From an uncultured Chloroflexia bacterium (GTDB taxonomy: Bacteria; Chloroflexota; Limnocylindria; QHBO01), in the NCBI GenBank assembly GCA_963770875.1, contig CAVYRE010000001.1:148064-212063 (forward strand): DNA of 64,000 nt, read 5' to 3'. Each line of letters starts with the position of its first letter. The stretch's first letter is position 1. The notes beneath the pieces were generated by a model, which saw only the letters and a list, made by a program, of their open reading frames with translations, made no database searches and was not told the DNA's origin. The translations under genes were made by a program, and so were the position numbers. Of this stretch, positions 39,781 through 49,454 are shown in pieces.

Positions 39781-40043
39781 CTCGCAAGACTGACCTCCTC
39801 CTTGAGTACGACGAATCCGTCGATGCGGCCTATCTCCGCGTGAATGACCGCCCCTGGCACCACCAGGTCCGGCTCGATGACGGCCGCGGGATCAACTACG
39901 CAGCCGACGGGTCCGTGATCGGCATCGAGATCCTCTCGCCGCGCCGCATGGGCGTCCTGCTCGACGGGTTGCCGTACCCTGACGACGTTGCCCGTGTGAT
40001 GCGCTCCTGCGGCTTCCGCATCCTCGAGGGTGCCCGGGGCTAG
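39768..40043 (+). CDS. DUF2283-like small protein
   Basis: LLEYDESVDAAYLRV...GSVIGIEIL motif typical of DUF2283. Confidence 0.6.
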   Translation: MAEVARKTDLLLEYDESVDAAYLRVNDRPWHHQVRLDDGRGINYAADGSVIGIEILSPRRMGVLLDGLPYPDDVARVMRSCGFRILEGARG

Positions 40044-40057
40044 TCAACCGGCGGGCA

Positions 40058-40219
40058 TTTACGCCCAGCGTCAGTAACAGCCAAGAAGGCATCGGCGTCG
40101 TCGCGTTTTGGGCCGCAACTTGGCCGCCAGTTACGCCCAGCGTAAGCGGGCGACAAGAAGGGCACCTTCGCGGCGCGAACTTGGCCGTTAGTGACGCTGG
40201 GCGCAAATCTGCGCTCGAA
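40058..40219. repeat. REP/BIME-like composite palindromic element, locus 7 (three units)
   Basis: CATTTACGCCCAGCGTCAGTAACAGCCAAGAAG / CTTGGCCGCCAGTTACGCCCAGCGTAAGCGGGCGACAAGAAG / CTTGGCCGTTAGTGACGCTGGGCGCAAATCTGCGCTCG. Confidence 0.75.
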
Positions 40220-40273
40220 GTTCAGCGGCGCTGCGACACCTGAGCTGTCACCGGCAGCGCCCAGGATCAGGGC

Positions 40274-40573
40274 ATGCCCACTCCCACTACTCCCCCCAGG
40301 TCCCGCAGCTCATCGAGCTCGAAGGCGGCAGCCGACGCGGTCGGCAAGGCCATCGGGTCCATCCATCCCATCGTCAGCATGTGGCGCGACGGGCTGACCG
40401 TCATCGCGCTCGAGTCGAGCCTCGCCAATCGGGCTCCCGACTACCTCACCCTCGACCAGGCACAGGCCGATGCCGGCGTGCAGGTCCAGGAGGCCGCCAC
40501 GCAGACGGTGCCCTCGGTCGACGCCATCACCGGACCGATGCCGGTGCTCATCCTGGGCGGCCTCGAGAAGTAG
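40274..40573 (+). pseudogene. 5' fragment of a gene truncated at the left border of the low-GC islet
   Basis: Ends ...TLDQAQADAGVQVQEAATQTVPSVDAITGPMPVLILGGLEK* exactly where GC drops; reads like an N-terminal domain lacking its continuation. Confidence 0.4.
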
Positions 40574-40732
40574 ACTGGGTGGCGTTTCCAACCCGGCCCA
40601 CACCCCTACTCTTGAGCCTGCCCCGACTTCGAGGGAATGGCGTCTCCACCAAGCAGTGATCGCAGGCGTATGTGAACCGATGCCTCAAGCCAGCTGCGGA
40701 GGTCTCGTAGCTGGCCCAGGAAGCCGAATAGT

Positions 40733-42685
40733 TCAAGAATCCCCACGAGAATGAGCCCAACTGCCCCGACAACGCCCAACCAGCTCCGTCCCAGCGGAAG
40801 TTCGTAGGACGACCGTGATACTCGCGACGAGGATCAGCGGAGTAATTGCCCAATAGACTGCGGCGCCAATCCAACCAGCCCAACGGCGGGCGCGGCCGTC
40901 AATCTCGAGGTCATGGCGCCTAAGCGCTTCAATCGCGTTCGTAGCGGCAGCCTCGGCACTTGCGGTCTTCAGGTCGGCCTCTGCGCGAAGCGCATTGATG
41001 CGCACTTCATAGCTTGCGCCTAGCTCGTCGAGCTCAAAGTCCGCGCGTGCCTTGTAATCGGCGATGACTCGGTCGACGACCTCATCAAGCGTGCCCGCGT
41101 CCACGTCTTCCGGGTCGTCGTCGGGTTCTGCGGTGCGAAGGATCCTGTCCGAGACACTGGAGACGATAATTGCTGTCACCTGGTCGGGTGACAATCGATC
41201 TGCCTTGCGTAATTCATCAAGGTGCGCGAGGAATCGCCTCCACATCCTCGCCGAGGGTCGCATGGCCGCGGAGCAGAGAGCCACCAGCTGGCGGATTTGG
41301 TACTCGGAGCTCGCCACTGGCCTCTTCAGCCATGCAAGGTTGGCGAGTGCTCGAATGTGGACAATTGGGGGGACGCCCCCCTCCTTCTCGTCCTCCTCCC
41401 ACCAAACCGTTGTGTTCGTAATGACAAGGGGCGACGCGGTGGCAAAGACTACCCTCGCATCTTCAATTCGATAGGAACGGTGGCCCGCACGGAGGGTGAG
41501 CACTCCTGCAACAGAATCGACATCGTGTTCGACCCGAGGCTCCGCGATGTCATGTGTTCGTGGATCAGCTAATCGGCTTGCGAGCTTGGCTTCATCTTGT
41601 GTGTATCGAGCGACGTGTTGTGGCGCACGCCTGATGGTTAACCCCGCGGATTGAATCTCGCCTTCAAGCAACGCAGACATTTCCTGAACGTCGCTTGGCG
41701 CGTACCGTTGCGTCAGGAAATGTCGAGCCATTGACGAAGGACGAAGACTTTGTCGGCCGACCGAGGTGGCCAACTTGTCCTGGTACATCCGCAGAATCCG
41801 TTGGATCTCCTGCACGGTCTTATCGAACACCATGCAACGGATGCCGCTCGCCGCAAGGAGATCAATCGTGTCGCGCATCATCAGCCGCGGCGCAGTTCCT
41901 TCATACCCAAGCGCCTGACGCACTAGAACGGAGTCAAATACGACCGTCAGATCGACAAATCGGCGTGAGACCTCGTTGATGTCTGGCAGGAATGCGGCGT
42001 GGTAGAGGACGAGACCTTCGAGTAATCCCTGCAAGACTCCCTTGAGGCCGCGGTCCTGCTCAACCGTCTCCTCGAGGAACTGCGCAACCAGTAACGACTC
42101 GGATTTGCTGAGACCGGGCACCTCATGCTCCTCGGTCACGCCAAGAATGAGCGAAACCTGATGCTCCTCGAGGAAACGGAAAATAAGGTCGAGGGCACTC
42201 TTGGCTGTGTGCTCTAGCGTCGCGTGCTTGCGAACGTGCTCCGCAAGGGCGGCTCCTAGGCGAAGCTGCCCTGCCTCGACTGCCGCCTTGGTTTCCGAGA
42301 CATCCGGGGCCGAGAGGTCCTTGCCCGGACTGACCCTGAACCTCCCCGCATCTCTCTCTAGAATCCCGCGCCGAGCGGCGCGTTTCAGAAGGGTGCTGAC
42401 AGTCTCTTGTGGCATCGCAATGCCGTGACGGGCGGCGACCCCCTCCTGGATATCCGCGACCGTGAAATATCGACTTGGTTCGACCGACACCGCATCGAGG
42501 ACCAACGGCGAGAACATGCCAAGCTGGTCCTCCCCCTCGTCCAATCGCGCCTTAAGGAATGCCACAGTTACGAGTCCGCCGGCGCCCACGCTTGGTTTCC
42601 TCTCGGTCATCGGCCGAGCCTCACCGGTGAGGTCATTCCGTTGCTCCCGGTGAGCTTCGCTCGTTATCCGGTCATCCTCATTCAT
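40733..42685 (-). CDS. large (650 aa) uncharacterized protein with C-terminal hydrophobic helix; partner of Mrr-like nuclease
   Basis: Start MNEDDR overlaps upstream stop (GATGAATGA); lower GC/codon bias; wH-like stretch FTVADIQEGVAARHGIAMPQETVSTLLKRAARRGIL; no P-loop; C-term WAGWIGAAVYWAITPLILVASITVVL. Confidence 0.7.
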   Translation of the reverse strand: MNEDDRITSEAHREQRNDLTGEARPMTERKPSVGAGGLVTVAFLKARLDEGEDQLGMFSPLVLDAVSVEPSRYFTVADIQEGVAARHGIAMPQETVSTLLKRAARRGILERDAGRFRVSPGKDLSAPDVSETKAAVEAGQLRLGAALAEHVRKHATLEHTAKSALDLIFRFLEEHQVSLILGVTEEHEVPGLSKSESLLVAQFLEETVEQDRGLKGVLQGLLEGLVLYHAAFLPDINEVSRRFVDLTVVFDSVLVRQALGYEGTAPRLMMRDTIDLLAASGIRCMVFDKTVQEIQRILRMYQDKLATSVGRQSLRPSSMARHFLTQRYAPSDVQEMSALLEGEIQSAGLTIRRAPQHVARYTQDEAKLASRLADPRTHDIAEPRVEHDVDSVAGVLTLRAGHRSYRIEDARVVFATASPLVITNTTVWWEEDEKEGGVPPIVHIRALANLAWLKRPVASSEYQIRQLVALCSAAMRPSARMWRRFLAHLDELRKADRLSPDQVTAIIVSSVSDRILRTAEPDDDPEDVDAGTLDEVVDRVIADYKARADFELDELGASYEVRINALRAEADLKTASAEAAATNAIEALRRHDLEIDGRARRWAGWIGAAVYWAITPLILVASITVVLRTSAGTELVGRCRGSWAHSRGDS

Positions 42686-43547
42686 CGACAAGGATGTCCG
42701 CTGGTTCACGAGCACTCACGCGCCGCTCGTACGTTGCATCAATCGCATTGAGAAGGTCGAGGACACTGACCCCAGCCTCGATGGCCAGGCGAGCCATGAT
42801 TTCTCCAACTTGTCGCCCGGCTACCAGAAGGATGGGGTACCCATCGTCCTGAAGCTCTCGTTGGGCTTGAAGGGAGAAGTGACCAGTCGTAACGAAAACG
42901 CCCACCCAGCCTCGATCCAGCTTCGCCGCGAGCCTCGATAATTCGGCGACACCGCTCGCCCCCGCCTGGCATTTCGCCTGCCCGGCTACGACGATTCGCA
43001 GCGGAACTGAGCTACTCCCCAGGTCAAGTCTTCCTACAAAATCGATGCCGCGGTCGCCTGAACCTCGGCTTACCCAGCCCAACCGATACAGACCGGCATG
43101 CTCGAATGAGGCCTGCGCGACCCGCTCTGCGACCGCCTCAAACCGGCTCTTTGGCCGGTTGGCATAGAAGGCGATTGTCGTTCGGAGCGCTCCCTCGGCC
43201 GTCGACCCGGCAAGCGGCCGCTGATCGCTCTCAGACAAAATCCTGTAGCTGAGGAGGCGTTGGCGAACCTGGGCCAGCGACGCTGTGCCGCGGTCAATCC
43301 ACTGCCTCCAGGATTTGGGCGCTAGCACTAGGGTCTCGGTCAGCGTTCTTGTGGAGTCTCGGCGAGCTGCGACCCACGTCCAATCGAGCAGATTGTTCTC
43401 AGAGGCGAGGCTGAGAAGTGCGCAGTCGTATCGGTAGTTGACAAACGGTCGGCCGTGCCGGTCCACTTGCACCACGCGCTCGACGCGGTCCACTAAGCCA
43501 ACTCCTCGGAAGCGGCGGTAGCCCTTAGCGCGATTCTCTTGAATCAC
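42678..43547 (-). CDS. Mrr-type PD-(D/E)xK restriction endonuclease-domain protein with unassigned N-terminal region
   Basis: C-terminal half ...GDRGIDFVGRL...RIVVAGQAKCQ...GVFVTTGHFSLQAQRE matches Mrr_cat D/(D/E)xK layout; GTG start; upstream frames open. Confidence 0.7.
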   Translation of the reverse strand: MIQENRAKGYRRFRGVGLVDRVERVVQVDRHGRPFVNYRYDCALLSLASENNLLDWTWVAARRDSTRTLTETLVLAPKSWRQWIDRGTASLAQVRQRLLSYRILSESDQRPLAGSTAEGALRTTIAFYANRPKSRFEAVAERVAQASFEHAGLYRLGWVSRGSGDRGIDFVGRLDLGSSSVPLRIVVAGQAKCQAGASGVAELSRLAAKLDRGWVGVFVTTGHFSLQAQRELQDDGYPILLVAGRQVGEIMARLAIEAGVSVLDLLNAIDATYERRVSAREPADILVDE

Positions 43548-43999
43548 GCTCTCGAAGAAGATAAGTGGGCACGCCCGTCGCCTGTCTCGGTGTCTCCTGA
43601 GGCCGAGAGGTCAAACTGATCCAGGATCGCGCGGTTTCCTGGCGTTCGATCGGGGTTCTCACTTAGGCCGGGCTTGTTGTCACCGTAGTAGCGGACGAAA
43701 CCGTTTCGCGGGTCGATCTCATCGTGCCACGGGGTCCAGTCCTATCCAGCCTTGTGCGGATTGATACCAATCAAGATTGCCGGGCGGCGCGGCCCATCCG
43801 CCGCCGAGACCACGGTAATCGCGTCGATGCCCTTCTCGAGTTGCGCCCTCCCGCATTCTTGAGCCCCGGCCACTGTGGCCACCGCGTCGCCGCGAAGAAG
43901 CTCTCCAGCTCACCCTCAGATCGCTCAGCGATCTGCTCAGGGGCGGGCTTCGGGTACCGGTAGGTGTCATGCAGTCGCAGCACCGTGGCACTCTTCGAC
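43548..43999 (-). pseudogene. degraded coding remnants at right edge of islet
   Basis: Fragmentary frames (…WTPWHDEIDPRNGFVRYYGDNKPGLSENPDRTPGNRAILDQFDL…) interrupted by stops; may be the lost 5' part of the Mrr-like gene. Confidence 0.3.
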
Positions 44000-44915
44000 C
44001 TAACGAAGGAATCGCTCCGACGCATGCCACTCGAGAAATGCGGGATTAGGTCGAGCCTGCGGATCAACCGGCAGGCCTAGCGGTCGACCGGCGAGCGCGT
44101 AGTAGTCGCGACCGTTCTCATAGTCCTCACGGATGCGGCGACTTACTACGACCTGCATGTTTGAGCTTACGCCAAGTATCCAGCGTCGAACAGAGCATGG
44201 ACGTCCTTCCGCAAGAAGCAGGCCATTGTCAAGGCGATGCTCACCGTGCTGGGCGTAGGGCATGATGTGAGCGGCATCGAGGGCGGGTAGGGTCCGCTCG
44301 GCCGTCATGGCGCATCGGCGCTCGTAGGCATCTGTGACGGCGATGCGGAATCCGCCTTGGCCTAGCCGTGGGGCGATCAGTACCGGCGTGCCGTATCGAT
44401 CCTCGGCGATCCTGATGGCGCGAGGCTAGCAGCCGCACCCGACACCTCACGCCACACCCTGGCGCCGATCTGCATCGGCATCGCTGTACGTCTTGCCCTG
44501 GACGATGTTCGGCGCCCAGTCCTCTGGCGGCCGGACCCATCGCTCACGCGGCAGGAAGAATGGCCGGTTGAGGATCATGCAGCCGATCTCGTCGTGGGTG
44601 GCAATGATCGGCTCCTGCCTGTAGCGCTGGACGCGCGTGAGCATCTCCTCTGCGTCGCCGCCCCGTTCTTCTCCTCGAATGCTTCCCACGCGAGGTAGAT
44701 CGGGACCTTCGGTGAAGGGCCGAGCGACAAGCCACCGCCGACGAGGAACCCTCCGTCGCGAGGCGTGGAGCTTGAATAGGAAGGGGGCACCGGCAGGTAA
44801 GGGTCACCGGCGCGCGCCGAGCGCTTGGCTGCCAGAAGTTGACCTCGTCAAGATCCGGGCGCGCCGCTAGAAATCGATACCAGTCGCAGTCGGTGATTCC
44901 GATCCAGAACCGCAT
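44000..44915 (-). pseudogene. HNH endonuclease family gene with >=2 frame disruptions
   Basis: N-part MRFWIGITDCDWYRFLAARPDLDEVNFWQPS, middle YRQEPIIATHDEIGCMILNRPFFLPRERWVRPPEDWAPNIVQGKTYS, C-part LPALDAAHIMPYAQHGEHRLDNGLLL (HNH motif) in three different frames. Confidence 0.55.
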
Positions 44916-45026
44916 GGTGGCTCCATCGTAGGTCGCGTTTGTGGGCACGGGAAGACGGGATAGGTCCCATCGGGTCTGGGGCGCTAGTGCAGCTATGGCA
45001 AGTGGCCAATGGCAGAGTAGCCGCCC

Positions 45027-46014
45027 ATGAAAGCCGCCGTCCGATACCGATATGGGACGCCCGACGTCGTTCGGGTCGAGGAGCTGCGACACGCCGGTCC
45101 CGGCCGAGGGCGAGGTGCTCGTTCGGACTCCGGGCCGCATCGGTCAACCGGGCTGACCTCGACGACATCCAGCCGCGCCCCCAGTTCGTGCGCCTCTTCA
45201 TGGGGCTGCGGGCACCGCGCCAGCCCCAGATCGGCGTCGACGTCGCCGGGGTGGTCGAGGCGGTGGGCGCCGGCGTGACCCGCTTCCGCCCCGGTGACGA
45301 GGTCTTCGCCGACCTGTTCGCCGCCGGCCACGTGGGCGCCTTCGCCGAGTACGTGTCCGCGCCGGAGAAGGCCTTCCAGCCGATGCCGCCGGGCATGAGC
45401 TTCACCGACGCCGCCACCCTGCCGCACTCGGCGATCCTGGCGCTCCAGGGGCTGCGGACCCGCAAGGGCCGGACCGTGCAGGCGGGGGAGAAGGTGCTGG
45501 TGGTGGGCGCATCGGGCAATGTCGGGCCGTTCGCGGTCCAGATCGCGAAGGCGCTGGGCGCGGAGGTGACCGGCGTCTGCAGCCGCGCCAAGGTCGACTT
45601 CGTGCGCTCGCTCGGGGCCGATGAGGTCCTCAGCTACACCGACGTCAACTTCACGCGCATGGGCCGGCAGTGGGACTGGATCCTCGACACCGATTCGCAC
45701 CACTCGATCTTCGCCGTGCGCCGCGCGCTGCGGCCCGGCGGGCAGGTACGTGACGCTGGGCGGGGAGGCCGGGCCGCTGTTCGGGGCGCTGCTGGGCGGG
45801 CCGCTCATCGGCCTGTTCAGCGACAAGCACCTGGGCCTGATGATCTGGTGGAAGCCGATGCACCCGCCCGACGTGGATCGGCTCAAGGAGCTGATCGCGG
45901 CGGGGAAGGTGCGGCCGGTGATCGACCGGACGCTACCCGCTGAGCGAGATCGTGGATGCGCTGAAGTGGGTCAACGACGGCCACGCCCGCGGCAAGGTGG
46001 TCATCACGTTCTAG
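45027..46014 (+). pseudogene. zinc-type alcohol dehydrogenase/quinone oxidoreductase (MDR family) with three frame disruptions
   Basis: MKAAVRYRYGTPDVVRVEEL... / ...ASVNRADLDD...GAFAEYVSAPE...VLVVGASGNVGPFAVQIAKALGAEV... / ...GGRYVTLGGEAGP... / ...PLSEIVDALKWVNDGHARGKVVITF* across three frames. Confidence 0.6.
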
Positions 46015-46169
46015 GGCGTGGACGGCCGACCCAGCCGTGGCTGCTGTCGGAGCCTGGTCGTGCAGGTGTGCTGCACGAACGCACGAGTGCACGATGAGCC
46101 TTGACGGCGCGAGCCTCCCCTGAATTCGGCTAAGCCGCCGATAAGCGGTCGTCGCTACGGTGCGGCGGC

Positions 46170-46442
46170 ATGGAGTTCGAGTGGGATCCACGGAAGGCGG
46201 AGCAGAACGTCCGGAAGCACGGGGTCGCCTTTGAGGATGCCATCACCATCTTCGCGGACCCCGACGAACTCATGATCTATGACCCGGACCATTCCTTGAC
46301 CGAAGATCGGTTCGTGAGCGTCGGCAGGTCCAGGTCTGGCCGGCTGTTGGTGGTGGGCTACACCGAGCGCGGGAGTAAGATCCGAATCATCTTCGCGAGG
46401 CGGGCAACAGCACCCGAGATGCTTGACTATGAAGAAGTCTGA
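46170..46442 (+). CDS. brnT: BrnT-family ribonuclease toxin
   Basis: MEFEWDPRKAEQNVRKHGVAFEDAITIFADPDELMIYDPDHS...RIIFARRA. Confidence 0.8.
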   Translation: MEFEWDPRKAEQNVRKHGVAFEDAITIFADPDELMIYDPDHSLTEDRFVSVGRSRSGRLLVVGYTERGSKIRIIFARRATAPEMLDYEEV

Positions 46443-46620
46443 TAGCGAGACGCGGGAGGAGTACGACTTCCGCACCGGAACCCGAGGCCACCATCATCGC
46501 AAGGTGGCTGGGGAGGGCCGGTTGGTCCGCCTCGACCCTGATGTGGCGGTGCGGTTTCCGACGTCTGAAGCAGTGAACGAGGCCCTGCGGTCCCTGCCTC
46601 GTCGCCGACCCCAGGACTGA
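46423..46620 (+). CDS. brnA: BrnA-family antitoxin
   Basis: Small protein overlapping brnT 3' end, EEYDFRTG... typical BrnA context. Confidence 0.65.
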   Translation: MTMKKSDSETREEYDFRTGTRGHHHRKVAGEGRLVRLDPDVAVRFPTSEAVNEALRSLPRRRPQD

Positions 46621-46698
46621 ACGCCGACCTCGGCGGTCAATGGGACGGCCAGCCCCCTCTCCCTGACAGGATTACGGCAAATCGGGAATACTGCGCCA

Positions 46699-46974
46699 AT
46701 GGCCAATCCCCGAACGGTTCAGATCCGGGGTCGCGGCACCGTGACCCTGCCGGCCAGGATCCGCGAGCGATACGACCTCGCCGACGGTGACCCGCTGACG
46801 CTGGTCGACCTCGATGGCGCCATTCTGCTCTCGCCCAAGACGAGCGTCGTCGACAAGCTGTCGGCGGAGATCGAGTACCTGATGAAGGGATCGGGCCTGA
46901 GCCTCGACGAGCTGCTCGGTGGGCTGCGCGAAGAGCGCGCGCGGTACCACGCCGACCGCCTTGAGCGCCGATAG
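46699..46974 (+). CDS. AbrB/MazE/SpoVT-family antitoxin
   Basis: VQIRGRGTVTLPARIRERYDLADGDPLTL swapped-hairpin motif. Confidence 0.7.
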   Translation: MANPRTVQIRGRGTVTLPARIRERYDLADGDPLTLVDLDGAILLSPKTSVVDKLSAEIEYLMKGSGLSLDELLGGLREERARYHADRLERR

Positions 46975-47338
46975 GCCTCGGGCCCGCCTTCGAATCTGCC
47001 TGGACGCCGATACCCTATTCGCGCGGGCCGCGTCGAACACGGGGGCGAGCCACCTGATCCTCCAATTGGGCGAGCTTGGGATCATCGAGATCGGCGTGCC
47101 GGAAGCAGGCCAGAGGGGAGGCTGAGCGCAACCTCGCCACCAAGCTGCCCGCCTCCCTGCCGGCGTTTCGGGCCTTGCTGGACGCCTGCTGCATCGGCCT
47201 GCCGATGGCGCCGGAGGCGGTATCGGTCGCCATCGCAGGGTCCGGCGAAGCCGACGCGAAGAACGCCCCAATCCTCGCGGCAGCTGAGTGACTTCGTCGA
47301 GGCACTGCGGGGCGAGCTGCTGCAGCTGGGACGCTAGG
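46961..47338 (+). pseudogene. PIN-domain (VapC-like) toxin remnant with frame disruptions
   Basis: RICLDADTLFARAAS...HLILQLGELGIIEIGVPEA in one frame, ...AFRALLDACCIGLPMAPEAVSVAIAGSGEADAKNAPILAAAE in another. Confidence 0.4.
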
Positions 47339-48782
47339 TCGCCAGGTGCTCCGACAGGTGCTCGGCCATCATGATCGTGATGATGTGCGGGAAGCCCGAT
47401 GGCGGCTCCGGCATGATCGAGGCGTCGACGACGGCCAGGCCCGCCACGCCGTGGACCTTCCCGCGTGCGTCGACCACCGCGCCCTGATCGGGCGATGGCC
47501 CCATGGCACACGTCCCGACCACGTGGGGGATCGAGTAGGCGTTCTCGATGATGGCCCGATGGAGCCCCTCGGCGCTTCCCGGATCCGGTGGCGCTGGTTC
47601 CCTGGCGAGCCGCCGGATCTCGGGACGGTTGGCAAGCTCCAGCCCGCGCCGATAGCCCTCGGCCAGCCGCTCCATGTCGGCCGGCTCGTCGGCGGGGTTC
47701 GGCAGCGTGATGCGTGGCGGGTCGCCTGGGTCGGCTGAGCGGAGGCGCACGGAACCGCGCGCCCGTGGCCGCATGAGGATCGGGTCGAGGTAGAAGTCGC
47801 CCTCCTCGTCAGCCGGATCCTGCAACCAGAAGAGCATGTCAGGGCCGCCTGCGGGCGCCGTCGAGCTGCGCCAGGTCGCGAGCGAGTGCAGGATCGGCCC
47901 GTCCGTGCCGCGGCCGCGCCAGCCTGAGTCGAGGTCGACGCCGATGTGGTCCGCGAGGTTCGCGCCCACGCCCGGTAGGTCGACCCGGATCTCGATGCCG
48001 ACCTCGAGCAGGTGCTCCGCCGGCCCGATCCCCGAGCGCATCAAGATCGCCGGGCTGCCGTAAGTGCCGGCCGAGAGGATCACCGTGTCCGCCCGGATCT
48101 CGGTGCCATCGAGGAGCTGCACGCCGGTCGCCCGGTCGCCGTCGAGGAGCACCCGCGCCACCGTGGAGTCGGACCGCACCGCCAGGGCAGGCAGCGCGAG
48201 GTCGAGCGGCAGATAGCCGTCGAGCGAGGTCACGCGCTGGCCGTGGCGCGAGCTCATCGGCATCGGGCCGACGCCCACTGACGACCCGTCATTGTGATCC
48301 TCGACCGCGGGGTAGCCAAGGGCAGCGAAGGCCTCGAGGGCGGAGGCATGGATCTCGGAGGGCTGCTGGTCGGGGTAGCGGGTGATCGGGATCGGGCCAT
48401 CCTGGCCGTGCAGGGGACTGGTTCCGAACTCCAGGTCCGCCTCGAGGCGCCGGAAGGCGGGCAGGACGTCGGCGAAGCTCCAGCCCGGGTTTCCCGCCGC
48501 GGCCCAGGCGTCGAAGTCGGTTGCGGCGCCGCGCACGGCGAAGCGGGTCAGCCAGGAGGTTCCGCCCATCATCCGAATGCGGCGCAGCGGCTTGGTCGCG
48601 CCGGTGGCGTCGGGCTCGGACTCGTAGCCCCAGGTCGGCGGCGTGGCCAGGCGCCAGCCGTCGCGGTAGTCGTCGGGCGTGGCGGCGCGGAGGTCCTGGC
48701 CGGCCTCCAGGAGGAGGACGCGTCGGTCCCCCTGCTCGGCGAGGCGGCGTGCAAGCACGCAGCCGGCCGCGCCGGCGCCCAC
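47334..48782 (-). CDS. GMC family oxidoreductase (choline dehydrogenase-like)
   Basis: [15 protein letters not shown]...; C-terminal GMC signature GTCAMGP...; in-frame upstream codons encode FDVIVV without a canonical start, so true start uncertain. Confidence 0.75.
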   Translation of the reverse strand: MGAGAAGCVLARRLAEQGDRRVLLLEAGQDLRAATPDDYRDGWRLATPPTWGYESEPDATGATKPLRRIRMMGGTSWLTRFAVRGAATDFDAWAAAGNPGWSFADVLPAFRRLEADLEFGTSPLHGQDGPIPITRYPDQQPSEIHASALEAFAALGYPAVEDHNDGSSVGVGPMPMSSRHGQRVTSLDGYLPLDLALPALAVRSDSTVARVLLDGDRATGVQLLDGTEIRADTVILSAGTYGSPAILMRSGIGPAEHLLEVGIEIRVDLPGVGANLADHIGVDLDSGWRGRGTDGPILHSLATWRSSTAPAGGPDMLFWLQDPADEEGDFYLDPILMRPRARGSVRLRSADPGDPPRITLPNPADEPADMERLAEGYRRGLELANRPEIRRLAREPAPPDPGSAEGLHRAIIENAYSIPHVVGTCAMGPSPDQGAVVDARGKVHGVAGLAVVDASIMPEPPSGFPHIITIMMAEHLSEHLAT

Positions 48783-48862
48783 GACGATGACATCGAACCC
48801 CTCGCGCGGGCCGCGCCGAAGCGGATGGCGAATGGCGTCTCGTCCAGGATCGGCGGTTGAGC

Positions 48863-49348
48863 TCAGCTGAATGGCTTGAACACCATCATGAAGAGGATGA
48901 TGGCGAGGTCCAGCATGATGAGCTGGGTGCCGCGCGCGGCTCGCCCAGCCAACACAACGAACTCGGGAGGCGGTCCGCTGGGCCGACCGTCAGAGGGGCG
49001 GGAGGCGGCGGAGGTCAGCTCGATCATGCGCTTCACGGTCGGTAGCTGGACGAACAGCGTGAAGCTGAGCGTGAGCAGGAACAGGACGATGGCAATCGCC
49101 AGCCATGGCGTGGTGAATGGATTCCAGCCTCGCGTCCAGATCAGACCCAGGCCCATGAGGAACACGAAAACCGCGCCGGGCTCGACGACGCGGACCACGA
49201 TCCGCTCGCTGACGCGCAACGCGAAGTTGCCGTGCATCGGGTCCCTGGAGGCCGCGCTCCGGATCATGGGGATGATCGCCACAGGCCCGAACGCCACGAT
49301 GGCGCCGCCGATGTGCAGGTAGAGGAAGATCGTCCCCAGGAGCTCCAC
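48863..49348 (-). CDS. DUF2269-like integral membrane protein
   Basis: 4-TM 161-aa protein. Confidence 0.55.
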   Translation of the reverse strand: MELLGTIFLYLHIGGAIVAFGPVAIIPMIRSAASRDPMHGNFALRVSERIVVRVVEPGAVFVFLMGLGLIWTRGWNPFTTPWLAIAIVLFLLTLSFTLFVQLPTVKRMIELTSAASRPSDGRPSGPPPEFVVLAGRAARGTQLIMLDLAIILFMMVFKPFS

Positions 49349-49454
49349 CCAACCCTCCGCTCGCGAACCGGGCTCATACCCTACGACGGGTCGTCAAGAG
49401 CCCTCGACCGACACGAGGTGGATGCAAGGCGCTCAGGAAGGGTCGAGGATCAAG

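Noticed and set aside
24092-40219. CRISPR arrays
   Set aside because: Units only about 70% identical within a locus, 2-3 units per locus, palindromic 40-nt units with half-truncated ends, linker regions partly homologous between loci, no cas genes in the window
47334-48782. Treating the GMC oxidoreductase as N-terminally truncated pseudogene
   Set aside because: Only the first beta-strand (FDVIVV) lies upstream of the first in-frame GTG; could simply use a non-canonical start, so left as CDS with a note
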